Below are positions 14,401 through 29,400 of a stretch of DNA of 64,000 nucleotides, in pieces. This stretch comes from Eledone cirrhosa (lineage: Eukaryota): the NCBI GenBank assembly GCA_964016885.1, contig OZ024742.1, positions 222,952,001-223,016,000 of the forward strand, written 5' to 3'. Positions within the stretch are counted from its first letter, which is position 1; each line of letters begins with the position of its first letter. The position numbers were made by a program, and so were the translations under genes. Below the pieces are notes generated by a model. The model did not search any database and had not been told where the DNA came from. It saw only the letters and a program-made list of their open reading frames with translations.

Positions 14401-17400
14401 ATGGTAGACATGGATGTACAGAAACTCTTCTTCTGTCTGGTAACTATAGTGAAAGAAGCTGTATGGTAGACATGGATGTTCAGAAAATCTTCCTCTGCCC
14501 GGTAGCTATAGTGAAAGAAGCTGTATGGTAGACATGGATGTACAGAAACTATTCCTCTGTCTGGTAGCTATAGTGAAAGAAGCTGTATGGTAGACATGGA
14601 TGTACAGAAACTCCTCTTCTGCCTGGTAGCTATAGTGAAAGAAGCTGTATGGTAGACATGGATGTACAGAAACTCTTCTTCTGCCCGGTAGCTATAGTGA
14701 AAGAAGCTGTATGGTAGACATGGATGTACAGAAACTCTTCTTCTGCCTGGTAGCTATAGTGAAAGAAGCTGTATGGTAGACATGGATGTACAGAAACTCT
14801 TCTTCTGCCTGGTAGCTATAGTGAAAGAAGCTGTATGGTAGACATTGATGTACAGAAACTCTTCTTCTGCCTGGTAGCTATAGTGAAATAAGCTGTATGG
14901 TAGACATGGATGTACAGAAACTCTTCTTCCGTCTGGTAGCTATAGTGAAAGAAGCTGTATGGTAGACATGGATGTACAGAAAGTCTTCCTCTGCCCGGTA
15001 GCTATAGTGAAAGAAGCTGTATGGTAGACATGGATGCACAGAAACTCTTCATTCTGTCTGGTAGCTATAGTGAAAGAAGCTGTATGGTAGACATGGATGC
15101 ACAGAAACTCTTCATTCTGTCTGGTAACTATAGTGAAAGAAGCTGTATGGTAGACATGGATGTACAGAAACTCTTCTTCTGTCTGGTAACTATAGTGAAA
15201 GAAGCTGTATGGTAGACATGGATGTACAGAAACTCTTCTTCTGTCTGGTAACTATAGTGAAAGAAGCTGTATGGTAGACATGGATGTACAGAAACTCTTC
15301 TTCTGACTGGTAGCTATAGTGAAAGAAGCTGTATGGTAGACATGGATGTACAGAAACTCTTCTTCTGCCTGGTAGCTATAGTGAAAGAAGCTGTATGGTA
15401 GACATGGATGTACAGAAACTCTTCCTCTGCCCGGTAGCTATAGTGAAAGAAGCTGTATGGTAGACATGGATGTACAGAAACTCTTTTGCCTGGTAGCTAT
15501 AGTGAAAGAAGCTGTATGGTAGACATGGATGTACAGAAACTCCTCTTCTGCCTGGTAGCTATAGTGAAAGAAGCTGTATGGTAGACATGGATGTACAGAA
15601 ACTCTTCTTCTGTCTGGTAACTATAGTGAAAGAAGCTGTATGGTAGACATGGATGTTCAGAAAATCTTCCTCTGCCCGGTAGCTATAGTGAAAGAAGCTG
15701 TATGGTAGACATGGATGTACAGAAACTATTCCTCTGTCTGGTAGCTATAGTGAAAGAAGCTGTATGGTAGACATGGATGTACAGAAACTCCTCTTCTGCC
15801 TGGTAGCTATAGTGAAAGAAGCTGTATGGTAGACATGGATGTACAGAAACTCTTCTTCTGCCCGGTAGCTATAGTGAAAGAAGCTGTATGGTAGACATGG
15901 ATGTACAGAAACTCTTCTTCTGCCTGGTAGCTATAGTGAAAGAAGCTGTATGGTAGACATGGATGTACAGAAACTCTTCTTCTGCCTGGTAGCTATAGTG
16001 AAAGAAGCTGTATGGTAGACATTGATGTACAGAAACTCTTCTTCTGCCTGGTAGCTATAGTGAAATAAGCTGTATGGTAGACATGGATGTACAGAAACTC
16101 TTCTTCCGTCTGGTAACTATAGTGAAAGAAGCTGTATGGTAGACATGGATGTACAGAAACTCTTCTTCTGTCTGGTAACTATAGTGAAAGAAGCTGTATG
16201 GTAGACATGGATGTACAGAAACTCTTCTTCTGCCTGAAGCTGTATGGTAGACATGGATGTACAGAAACTCTTTTGCCTGGCAGCTATAGTGAAAGAAGCT
16301 GTATGGTAGACATTGATGTACAGAAACTCTTCTTCTGCCTGGTAGCTATAGTGAAAGAAGCTGTATGGTAGACATGGATGTACAGAAACTCTTCCTCTGC
16401 TTGGTAGCTATAGTGAAATAAGCTGTATGGTAGACATGGATGCACAGAAACTCTTCATTCTGTCTGGTAACTATAGTGAAAGAAGCTGTCTGGTAGACAT
16501 GGATGTACAGAAACTCTTCTTCCGTCTGGTAACTATAGTGAAAGAAGCTGTATGGTAGACATGGATGTACAGAAACTCTTCTTCTGCCCGGTAGCTATAG
16601 TGAAAGAAGCTGTATGGTAGACATGGATGTACAGAAACTCTTCTTCTGCCTGGTAGCTATAGTGAAAGAAGCTGTATGGTAGACATGGATATACAGAAAC
16701 TCTTCCTCTGCCCGGTAGCTATAGTGAAAGAAGCTGTATGGTAGACATGGATGTACAGAAACTCTTCCTCTGTCTGGTAGCTATAGTGAAAGAAGCTGTA
16801 TGGTAGACATGGATGTACAGAAACTCTTCCTCTGCCTGGTAGCTATAGTGAAAGAAGCTGTATGGTAGACATGGATGTACAGAAACTCTTCCTCTGCCTG
16901 GTAGCTATAGTGAAAGAAGCTGTATGGTAGACATGGATGTACAGAAACTCTTCTTCCGTCTGGTAACTATAGTGAAAGAAGCTGTATGGTAGACATGGAT
17001 GTACAGAAACTCTTCTTCCGTCTGGTAACTATAGTGAAAGAAGCTGTATGGTAGACATGGATGTACAGAAACTCTTCTTCTGTCTGGTAACTATAGTGAA
17101 AGAAGCTGTATGGTAGACATGGATGTACAGAAACTCTTCTTCCGTCTGGTAACTATAGTGAAAGAAGCTGTATGGTAGACATGGATGTACAGAAACTCTT
17201 CTTCTGCCTGGTAGCTATAGTGAAAGAAGCTGTATGGTAGACATGGATATACAGAAACTCTTCTTCCGTCTGGTAGCTATAGTGAAAGAAGCTGTATGGT
17301 AGACATGGATGTACAGAAACTCTTCTTCCGTCTGGTAACTATAGTGAAAGAAGCTGTATGGTAGACATGGATGTACAGAAACTCTTCTTCTGCCTGGTAG

Positions 17401-20400
17401 CTATAGTGAAAGAAGCTGTATGGTAGACATGGATGTACAGAAACTCTTCTTCCGTCTGGTAGCTATAGTGAAAGAAGCTGTATAGTAGACATGGATGTAC
17501 AGAAACTCTTCCTCTGCCTGGTAGCTATAGTGAAGGAAGCTGTATGGTAGACATGGATGTACAGAAACTCTTCTTCCGTCTGGTAACTATAGTGAAAGAA
17601 GCTGTATGGTAGACATGGATGTACAGAAACTCTTCCTCTGTCTGGTAGCTATAGTGAAAGAAGCTGTATGGTAGACATGGATGTACAGAAACTCTTCCTC
17701 TGTCTGGTAGCTATAGTGAAAGAAGCTGTATGGTAGACATGGATGTACAGAAACTCTTCCTCTGTCTGGTAGCTATAGTGAAAGAAGCTGTATGGTAGAC
17801 ATGGATGTACAGAAACTCTTCTTCTGCCTGGTAGCTATAGTGAAAGAAGCTGTATGGTAGACATGGATATACAGAAACTCTTCCTCTGCCCGGTAGCTAT
17901 AGTGAAAGAAGCTGTATGGTAGACATGGATGTACAGAAACTCTTCCTCTGCCTGGTAGCTATAGTGAAAGAAGCTGTATGGTAGACATGGATGTACAGAA
18001 AGTCTTCCTCTGCCAGGAAGCTATAGTGAAAGAAGCTGTATGGTAGACATGGATGTACAGAAACTCTTCCTCTGCCCGGTAGCTATAGTGAAAGAAGCTG
18101 TATGGTAGACATGGATGTACAGAAAGTCTTCCTCTGCCTGGTAGCTATAGTGAAAGAAGCTGTATGGTAGACATGGATGTACAGAAACTCTTCTTCCGTC
18201 TGGTAACTATAGTGAAAGAAGCTGTATGGTAGACATGGATGTACAGAAACTCTTCTTCTGCCTGGTAGCTCTAGTGAAAGAAGCTGTATGGTAGACATGG
18301 ATGTACAGAAAGTCTTCCTCTGCCTGGTAGCTATAGTGAAAGAAGCTGTATGGTAGACATGGATGTACAGAAAGTCTTCCTCTGCCAGGAAGCTATAGTG
18401 AAAGAAGCTGTATGGTAGACATGGATGTACAGAAACTCTTCTTCCGTCTGGTAACTATAGTGAAAGAAGCTGTATGGTAGACATGGATGTACAGAAACTC
18501 TTCTGCTGCCTGGTAGCTATAGTGAAAGAAGCTGTATGGTAGACATGGATGTACAGAAAGTCTTCCTCTGCCTGGTAGCTATAGTGAAAGAAGCTGTATG
18601 GTAGACATGGATGTACAGAAAGTCTTCCTCTGCCAGGAAGCTATAGTGAAAGAAGCTGTATGGTAGACATGGATGTACAGAAACTCTTCCTCTGCCCGGT
18701 AGCTATAGTGAAAGAAGCTGTATGGTAGACATGGATGTACAGAAACTCTTCTTCTGCCTGGTAGCTATAGTGAAAGAAGCTGTATGGTAGACATGGATGT
18801 ACAGAAACTCTTCTTCTGCCTGGTAGCTATAGTGAAAGAAGCTGTATGGTAGAGATGGATGTACAGAAAGTCTTCCTCTGCCCGGTAGCTATAGTGAAAG
18901 AAGCTGTATGGTAGACATGGATGTACAGAAACTCTTCTGCCTGGTAGCTATAGTGAAAGAAGCTGTATGGTAGACATGGATGTACAGAAACTCTTCTGCC
19001 TGGTAGCTATAGTGAAAGAAGCTGTATGGTAGACATGGATGTACAGAAACTCTTCTTCTGCCCGGTAGCTATACTGAAAGAAGCTGTATGGTAGACATGG
19101 ATGTACAGAAACTCTTCTGCTGCCTGGTAGCTATAGTGAAAGAAGCTGTATGGTAGACATGGATCTACAGAAACTCTTCTTCTGTCTGGTAGCTATAGTG
19201 AAAGAAGCTGTATGGTAGACATGGATGTACAGAAACTCTTCTGCCTGGTAGCTATAGTGAAAGAAGCTGTATGGTAGACATGGATGTACAGAAACTCTTC
19301 CTCTGTCTGGTAGCTATAGTGAAAGAAGCTGTATGGTAGACATGGATGTACAGAAACTCTTCTGCCTGGTAGCTATAGTGAAAGAAGCTGTATGGTAGAC
19401 ATGGATGTACAGAAACTCTTCTGCCTGGTAGCTATAGTGAAAGAAGCTGTATGGTAGACATGGATGTACAGAAACTCTTCTGCCTGGTAGCTATAGTGAA
19501 AGAAGCTGTATGGTAGACATGGATGTACAGAAACTCTTCCTCTGTCTGGTAGCTATAGTGAAAGAAGCTGTATGGTAGACATGGATGTACAGAAACTCTT
19601 CTGCCTGGTAGCTATAGTGAAAGAAGCTGTATGGTAGACATGGATGTACAGAAACTCTTCTGCCTGGTAGCTATAGTGAAAGAAGCTGTATGGTAGACAT
19701 GGATGTACAGAAAGTCTTCTTCTGCCCGGTAGCTATAGTGAAAGAAGCTGTATGGTAGACATGGATGTACAGAAAATCTTCTTCTGCCCGGTAGCTATAG
19801 TGAAAGAAGCTGTATGGTAGACATGGATGTACAGAAACTCCTCCTCTGCCTGGTAGCTATAGTGAAAGAAGCTGTATGGTAGACATGGATGTACAGAAAG
19901 TCTTCCTCTGCCTGGTAGCTATAGTGAAAGAAGCTGTATGGTAGACATGGATGTACAGAAACTCTTCCTCTGCCCGGTAGCTATAGTGAAAGAAGCTGTA
20001 TGGTAGACATGGATGTACAGAAAGTCTTCCTCTGCCAGGTAGCTATAGTGAAAGAAGCTGTATGGTAGACATGAATGTACAGAAACTCTTCTTCTGCCTG
20101 GTAGCTATAGTGAAAGAAGCTGTATGGTAGACATGGATGTACAGAAACTCTTCTTCTGCCTGGTAGCTATAGTGAAAGAAGCTGTATGGTAGACATGGAT
20201 GTACAGAAACTCTTCTTCTGCCTGGTAGCTATAGTGAAAGAAGCTGTATGGTAGACATTGATGTACAGAAACTCTTCTTCTCTCTGGTAGCTATAGTGAA
20301 AGAAGCTGTATGGTAGACATGGATGTACAGAAACTCTTCTTCTGCCTGGTAGCTATAGTGAAAGAAGCTGTATGGTAGACATGGATGTACAGAAACTCTT

Positions 20401-23400
20401 CTTCTGCCTGGTAGCTATAGTGAAAGAAGCTGTATGGTAGACATGGATGTACAGAAACTCTTCCTCTGCCTGGTAGCTATAGTGAAAGAAGCTGTATGGT
20501 AGACATGGATGTCCAGAAACTCTTCTTCTGCCTGGTAGCTATAGTGAAAGAAGCTGTATGGTAGACATGGATGTACAGAAACTCTTCTTCTGTCTGGTAA
20601 CTATAGTGAAAGAAGCTGTATGGTAGACATGGATGTACAGAAACTCTTCTTCCGTCTGGTAACTATAGTGAAAGAAGCTGTATGGTAGACATGGATGTAC
20701 AGAAACTCTTCTTCTGCCCGGTAGCTATAGTGAAAGAAGCTGTATGGTAGACATGGATGTACAGAAACTCTTCTGCTGCCTGGTAGCTATAGTGAAAGAA
20801 GCTGTATGGTAGACATGGATGTACAGAAAGTCTTCCTCTGCCAGGAAGCTATAGTGAAAGAAGCTGTATGGTAGACATGGATGTACAGAAACTCTTCCTC
20901 TGCCCGGTAGCTATAGTGAAAGAAGCTGTATAGTAGACATGGATGTACAGAAACTCTTCTTCTGCCTGGTAGCTATAGTGAAAGAAGCTGTATGGTAGAG
21001 ATGGATGTACAGAAAGTCTTCCTCTGCCAGGTAGCTATAGTGAAAGAAGCTGTATGGTAGACATGGATGTACAGAAACTCTTCTTCTGCCTGGTAGCTAT
21101 AGTGAAAGAAGCTGTATGGTAGACATGGATGTACAGAAACTCTTCTTCTGCCTGGTAGCTATAGTGAAAGAAGCTGTATGGTAGACATGGATGTACAGAA
21201 ACTCTTCTGCTGCCTGGTAGCTATTGTGAAAGAAGCTGTATGGTAGACATTGATGTACAGAAACTCTTCTTCTCTCTGGTAGCTATAGTGAAAGAAGCTG
21301 TATGGTAGACATGGATGTACAGAAACTCTTCCTCTGCCTGGTAGCTATAGTGAAAGAAGCTGTATGGTAGACATGGATGTACAGAAACTCTTCTGCTGCC
21401 TGGTAGCTATTGTGAAAGAAGCTGTATGGTAGACATTGATGTACAGAAACTCTTCTTCTCTCTGGTAGCTATAGTGAAAGAAGCTGTATGGTAGACATGG
21501 ATGTACAGAAACTCTTCCTCTGCCCGGTAGCTATAGTGAAAGAAGCTGTATGGTAGACATGGATGTACAGAAACTCTTCTTCTGCCTGGTAGCTATAGTG
21601 AAAGAAGCTGTATGGTAGACATGGATGTACAGAAACTCTTCCTCTGCCCGGTAGCTATAGTGAAAGAAGCTGTATGGTAGACATGGATGTACAGAAACTC
21701 TTCTTCTGCCTGGTAGCTATAGTGAAAGAAGCTGTATGGTAGACATGGATGTACAGAAACTCTTCCTCTGCCTGGTAGCTATAGTGAAAGAAGCTGTATG
21801 GTAGACATGGATGTACAGAAACTCTTCCTCTGCCTGGTAGCTATAGTGAAAAAAGCTGTATGGTAGACATGGATGTCCAGAAACTCTTCTTCTGCCTGGT
21901 AGCTATAGTGAAAGAAGCTGTATGGTAGACATGGATGTACAGAAACTCTTCTTCTGCCTGGTAGCTATTGTGAAAGAAGCTGTATGGTAGACATGGATGT
22001 ACAGAAACTCTTCCTCTGCCCGGTAGCTATAGTGAAAGAAGCTGTATGGTAGACATGGATGTACAGAAACTCTTCCTCTGCCCGGTAGCTATAGTGAAAG
22101 AAGCTGTATGGTAGACATGGATGTACAGAAACTCTTCCTCTGCCCGGTAGCTATAGTGAAAGAAGCTGTATGGTAGACATGGATGTACAGAAACTCTTCC
22201 TCTGCCCGGTAGCTATAGTGAAAGAAGCTGTATGGTAGACATGGATGTACAGAAACTCTTCCTCTGCCTGGTAGCTATAGTGAAAGAAGCTGTATGGTAG
22301 ACATGGATGTACAGAAACTCTTCCTCTGTCTGGTAGCTATAGTGAGAGAAGCTGTATGGTAGACATGGATGTACAGAAACTCTTCTTCTGCCCGGTAGCT
22401 ATAGTGAAAGAAGCTGTATGGTAGACATGGATGTACAGAAACTCTTCTTCTGTCTGGTAGCTATAGTGAAAGAAGCTGTATGGTAGACATGGATGTACAG
22501 AAACTCTTCTTCTGTCTGGTAGCTATAGTGAAAGAAGCTGTATGGTAGACATGGATGTACAGAAAGTCTTCCTCTGCCAGGTAGCTATACTGAAAGAAGC
22601 TGTATGGTAGACATGGATGTACAGAAACTCTTCTTCTGCCCGGTAGCTATAGTGAAAGAAGCTGTATGGTAGACATGGATGTACAGAAACTCTTCCTCTG
22701 CCTGGTAGCTATAGTGAAAGAAGCTGTATGGTAGACATGGATGTACAGAAACTCTTCCTCTGCCTGGTAGCTATAGTGAAAGAAGCTGTATGGTAGACAT
22801 GGATGTACAGAAGGTCTTCTTCTGCCTGGTAGCTATAGTGAAAGAAGCTGTATGGTAGACATGGATGTACAGAAACTCTTCTGCCTGGTAGCTATAGTGA
22901 AAGAAGCTGTATGGTAGACATGGATGTACAGAAATTCTTCGTCTGCCTGGTAGCTATAGTGAAAGAAGCTGTATGGTAGACATGGATGTACAGAAAGTCT
23001 TCCTCTGCCAGGTAGCTATAGTGAAAGAAGCTGTATGGTAGACATGGATGTACAGAAACTCTTCCTCTGCCTGGTAGCTATAGTGAAAGAAGCTGTATGG
23101 TAGACATGGATGTACAGAAACTCTTCCTCTGCCTGGTAGCTATAGTGAAAGAAGCTGTATGGTAGACATGGATGTACAGAAACTCTTCCTCTGCCTGGTA
23201 GCTATAGTGAAAGAAGCTGTATGGTAGACATGGATGTACAGAAAGTCTTCCTCTGCCAGGTAGCTATAGTGAAAGAAGCTGTATGGTAGACATGGATGTA
23301 CAGAAACTCTTCTTCTGCCTGGTAGCTATAGTGAAAGAAGCTGTATGGTAGACATGGATGTACAGAAACTCTTCTTCTGCCTGGTAGCTATAGTGAAAGA

Positions 23401-26400
23401 AGCTGTATGGTAGATATGGATGTACAGAAAGTCTTCCTCTGCCTGGTAGCTATAGTGAAAGAAGCTGTATGGTAGACATGGATGTACAGAAACTCTTCTT
23501 CCGTCTGGTAACTATAGTGAAAGAAGCTGTATGGTAGACATGGATGTACAGAAACTCTTCTTCTGTCTGGTAACTATAGTGAAAGAAGCTGTATGGTAGA
23601 CATGGATGTACAGAAACTCTTCCTCTGCCTGGTAGCTATAGTGAAAGAAGCTGTATGGTAGACATGGATGTACAGAAACTCTTCTTCCGTCTGGTAACTA
23701 TAGTGAAAGAAGCTGTATGGTAGACATGGATGTACAGAAACTCTTCTTCTGTCTGGTAACTATAGTGAAAGAAGCTGTATGGTAGACATGGATGTACAGA
23801 AACTCTTCCTCTGCCTGGTAGCTATAGTGAAAGAAGCTGTATGGTAGACATGGATGTACAGAAACTCTTCTTCCGTCTGGTAGCTATAGTGAAAGAAGCT
23901 GTATGGTAGACATGGATGTACAGAAACTCTTCTTCTGTCTGGTAACTATAGTGAAAGAAGCTGTATGGTAGACATGGATGTACAGAAACTCTTCTTCCGT
24001 CTGGTAACTATAGTGAAAGAAGCTGTATGGTAGACATGGATGTACAGAAACTCTTCTTCCGTCTGGTAGCTATAGTGAAAGAAGCTGTATGGTAGACATG
24101 GATGTACAGAAACTCTTCTTCTGCCTGGTAGCTATAGTGAAAGAAGCTGTATGGTAGACATGGATGTACAGAAACTCTTCTTCTGCCCGGTAGCTATAGT
24201 GAAAGAAGCTGTATGGTAGACATGGATGTACAGAAACTCCTCTTCTGCCTGGTAGCTATAGTGAAAGAAGCTGTATGGTAGACATGGATATACAGAAACT
24301 CTTCCTCTGCCCGGTAGCTATAGTGAAAGAAGCTGTATGGTAGACATGGATGTACAGAAACTCTTCTGCTGCCTGGTAGCTATAGTGAAAGAAGCTGTAT
24401 GGTAGACATGGATGTACAGAAACTCTTCTTCTGCCTGGTAGCTATAGTGAAAGAAGCTGTATGGTAGACATGGATGTACAGAAAGTCTTCCTCTGTCTGG
24501 TAACTATAGTGAAAGAAGCTGTATGGTAGACATGGATGTACAGAAACTCTTCTTCTGCCTGGTAGCTATAGTGAAAGAAGCTGTATGGTAGACATGGATG
24601 TACAGAAACTCTTCTGCTGCCTGGTAGCTATAGTGAAAGAAGCTGTATGGTAGACATGGATGTACAGAAAGTCTTCCTCTGTCTGGTAGCTATAGTGAAA
24701 GAAGCTGTATAGTAGACATGGATGTACAGAAACTCTTCTTCTGCCTGGTAGCTATAGTGAAAGAAGCTGTATGGTAGACATGGATGTACAGAAACTCTTC
24801 TTCTGCCTGGTAGCTATAGTGAAAGAAGCTGTATGGTAGACATGGATGTACAGAAACTCTTCCTCTGTCTGGTAGCTATAGTGAAAGAAGCTTTATGGTA
24901 GAGATGGATGTACAGAAAGTCTTCCTCTGCCAGGTAGCTATAGTGAAAGAAGCTGTATGGTAGACATGGATGTACAGAAACTCTTCCTCTGCCTGGTAGC
25001 TATTGTGAAAGAAGCTGTATGGTAGACATTGATGTACAGAAACTCTTCTTCTCTCTGGTAGCTATAGTGAAAGAAGCTGTATGGTAGACATGGATGTACA
25101 GAAACTCTTCTTCTCTCTGGTAGCTATAGTGAAAGAAGCTGTATAGTAGACATGGATGTACAGAAACTCTTCTTCTGCCTGGTAGCTATAGTGAAAGAAG
25201 CTGTATGGTAGACATGGATGTACAGAAAGTCTTCCTCTGCCAGGTAGCTATAGTGAAAGAAGCTGTATGGTAGATATGGATGTACAGAAACTCTTCCTCT
25301 GCCTGGTAGCTATAGTGAAAGAAGCTGTATGGTAGACATGGATGTCCAGAAACTCTTCTTCTGCCTGGTAGCTATAGTGAAAGAAGCTGTATGGTAGACA
25401 TGGATGTACAGAAACTCTTCTGCTGCCTGGTAGCTATAGTGAAAGAAGCTGTATGGTAGACATGGATGTACAGAAACTCTTCCTCTGCCTGGTAGCTATA
25501 GTGAAAGAAGCTGTATGGTAGACATGGATGTACAGAAACTCTTCCTCTGCCTGGTAGCTATAGTGAAAGAAGCTTTATGGTAGACATGGATGTACAGAAA
25601 CTCTTCTTCCGTCTGGTAACTATAGTGAAAGAAGCTGTATGGTAGACATGGATGTACAGAAACTCTTCTTCTGTCTGGTAACTATAGTGAAAGAAGCTGT
25701 ATGGTAGACATGGATGTACAGAAACTCTTCTTCCGTCTGGTAACTATAGTGAAAGAAGCTGTATGGTAGACATGGATGTACAGAAACTCTTCCTCTGCCT
25801 GGTAGCTATAGTGAAAGAAGCTGTATGGTAGACATGGATGTACAGAAACTCTTCCTCTGCCAGGAAGCTATAGTGAAATAAGCTGTATGGTAGACATGGA
25901 TGTACAGAAACTCTTCTTCCGTCTGGTAACTATAGTGAAAGAAGCTGTATGGTAGACATGGATGTACAGAAACTCTTCTTCTGTCTGGTAACTATAGTGA
26001 AAGAAGCTGTATGGTAGACATGGATGTACAGAAACTCTTCTTCCGTCTGGTAACTATAGTGAAAGAAGCTGTATGGTAGACATGGATGTACAGAAACTCT
26101 TCTTCTGCCCGGTAGCTATAGTGAAAGAAGCTGTATGGTAGACATGGATGTACAGAAACTCTTCTGCTGCCTGGTAGCTATAGTGAAAGAAGCTGTATGG
26201 TAGACATGGATGTACAGAAAGTCTTCCTCTGCCAGGAAGCTATAGTGAAAGAAGCTGTATGGTAGACATGGATGTACAGAAACTCTTCCTCTGCCCGGTA
26301 GCTATAGTGAAAGAAGCTGTATAGTAGACATGGATGTACAGAAACTCTTCTTCTGCCTGGTAGCTATAGTGAAAGAAGCTGTATGGTAGACATGGATGTA

Positions 26401-29400
26401 CAGAAACTCTTCTTCTGCCTGGTAGTTATAGTGAAAGAAGCTGTATGGTAGAGATGGATGTACAGAAAGTCTTCCTCTGCCAGGTAGCTATAGTGAAAGA
26501 AGCTGTATGGTAGACATGGATGTACAGAAACTCTTCTGCTGCCTGGTAGCTATAGTGAAAGAAGCTGTATGGTAGACATGGATGTACAGAAACTCTTCTT
26601 CTGCCTGGTAGCTATAGTGAAAGAAGCTGTATGGTAGACATGGATGTACAGAAACTCTTCTTCTGCCTGGTAGCTATAGTGAAAGAAGCTGTATGGTAGA
26701 CATGGATGTACAGAAACTCTTCCTCTGCCTGGTAGCTATAGTGAAAGAAGCTGTATGGTAGACATGGATGTACAGAAACTCTTCTTCCGTCTGGTAACTA
26801 TAGTGAAAGAAGCTGTATGGTAGACATGGATGTACAGAAACTCTTCTTCTGTCTGGTAACTATAGTGAAAGAAGCTGTATGGTAGACATGGATGTACAGA
26901 AACTCTTCCTCTGCCTGGTAGCTATAGTGAAAGAAGCTGTATGGTAGACATGGATGTACAGAAACTCTTCTGCTGCCTGGTAGCTATAGTGAAAGAAGCT
27001 GTATGGTAGACATGGATGTACAGAAAGTCTTCCTCTGTCTGGTAGCTATAGTGAAAGAAGCTGTATAGTAGACATGGATGTACAGAAACTCTTCTTCTGC
27101 CTGGTAGCTATAGTGAAAGAAGCTGTATGGTAGAGATGGATGTACAGAAAGTCTTCCTCTGCCAGGTAGCTATAGTGAAAGAAGCTGTATGGTAGACATG
27201 GATGTACAGAAACTCTTCCTCTGCCTGGTAGCTATTGTGAAAGAAGCTGTATGGTAGACATTGATGTACAGAAACTCTTCTTCTCTCTGGTAGCTATAGT
27301 GAAAGAAGCTGTATGGTAGACATGGATGTACAGAAACTCTTCTTCTCTCTGGTAGCTATAGTGAAAGAAGCTGTATAGTAGACATGGATGTACAGAAACT
27401 CTTCTTCCGTCTGGTAACTATAGTGAAAGAAGCTGTATGGTAGACATGGATGTACAGAAACTCTTCTTCCGTCTGGTAACTATAGTGAAAGAAGCTGTAT
27501 GGTAGACATGGATGTACAGAAACTCTTCTTCTGTCTGGTAACTATAGTGAAAGAAGCTGTATGGTAGACATGGATGTACAGAAACTCTTCTTCCGTCTGG
27601 TAACTATAGTGAAAGAAGCTGTATGGTAGACATGGATGTACAGAAACTCTTCTTCTGCCCGGTAGCTATAGTGAAAGAAGCTGTATGGTAGACATGGATG
27701 TACAGAAACTCTTCTGCTGCCTGGTAGCTATAGTGAAAGAAGCTGTATGGTAGACATGGATGTACAGAAAGTCTTCCTCTGCCAGGAAGCTATAGTGAAA
27801 GAAGCTGTATGGTAGACATGGATGTACAGAAACTCTTCCTCTGCCCGGTAGCTATAGTGAAAGAAGCTGTATAGTAGACATGGATGTACAGAAACTCTTC
27901 TTCTGCCTGGTAGCTATAGTGAAAGAAGCTGTATGGTAGACATGGATGTACAGAAACTCTTCTTCTGCCTGGTAGTTATAGTGAAAGAAGCTGTATGGTA
28001 GAGATGGATGTACAGAAAGTCTTCCTCTGCCAGGTAGCTATAGTGAAAGAAGCTGTATGGTAGACATGGATGTACAGAAACTCTTCTGCTGCCTGGTAGC
28101 TATAGTGAAAGAAGCTGTATGGTAGACATGGATGTACAGAAACTCTTCTTCTGCCTGGTAGCTATAGTGAAAGAAGCTGTATGGTAGACATGGATGTACA
28201 GAAACTCTTCTTCTGCCTGGTAGCTATAGTGAAAGAAGCTGTATGGTAGACATGGATGTACAGAAACTCTTCCTCTGCCTGGTAGCTATAGTGAAAGAAG
28301 CTGTATGGTAGACATGGATGTACAGAAACTCTTCTTCCGTCTGGTAACTATAGTGAAAGAAGCTGTATGGTAGACATGGATGTACAGAAACTCTTCTTCT
28401 GTCTGGTAACTATAGTGAAAGAAGCTGTATGGTAGACATGGATGTACAGAAACTCTTCCTCTGCCTGGTAGCTATAGTGAAAGAAGCTGTATGGTAGACA
28501 TGGATGTACAGAAACTCTTCTTCCGTCTGGTAGCTATAGTGAAAGAAGCTGTATGGTAGACATGGATGTACAGAAACTCTTCTTCTGTCTGGTAACTATA
28601 GTGAAAGAAGCTGTATGGTAGACATGGATGTACAGAAACTCTTCTTCCGTCTGGTAACTATAGTGAAAGAAGCTGTATGGTAGACATGGATGTACAGAAA
28701 CTCTTCTTCTGCCCGGTAGCTATAGTGAAAGAAGCTGTATGGTAGACATGGATGTACAGAAACTCCTCTTCTGCCTGGTAGCTATAGTGAAAGAAGCTGT
28801 ATGGTAGACATGGATATACAGAAACTCTTCCTCTGCCCGGTAGCTATAGTGAAAGAAGCTGTATGGTAGACATGGATGTACAGAAACTCTTCTGCTGCCT
28901 GGTAGCTATAGTGAAAGAAGCTGTATGGTAGACATGGATGTACAGAAACTCTTCTGCTGCCTGGTAGCTATAGTGAAAGAAGCTGTATGGTAGACATGGA
29001 TGTACAGAAAGTCTTCCTCTGTCTGGTAGCTATAGTGAAAGAAGCTGTATGGTAGACATGGATGTACAGAAACTCTTCCTCTGTCTGGTAGCTATAGTGA
29101 AAGAAGCTGTATGGTAGACATGGATGTACAGAAACTCTTCTGCTGCCTGGTAGCTATAGTGAAAGAAGCTGTATGGTAGACATGGATGTACAGAAAGTCT
29201 TCCTCTGTCTGGTAGCTATAGTGAAAGAAGCTGTATGGTAGACATGGATGTACAGAAACTCTTCCTCTGTCTGGTAACTATAGTGAAAGAAGCTGTATAG
29301 TAGACATGGATGTACAGAAACTCTTCTTCTGCCTGGTAGCTATAGTGAAAGAAGCTGTATGGTAGAGATGGATGTACAGAAAGTCTTCCTCTGCCAGGTA

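Noticed and set aside
12357-15215. Three identical 64-aa ORFs (and similar ORFs at 18083, 54364, 54860)
   Set aside because: They arise from monomer variants that remove a stop or restore frame and are identical only because of block duplication. There is no independent coding evidence.
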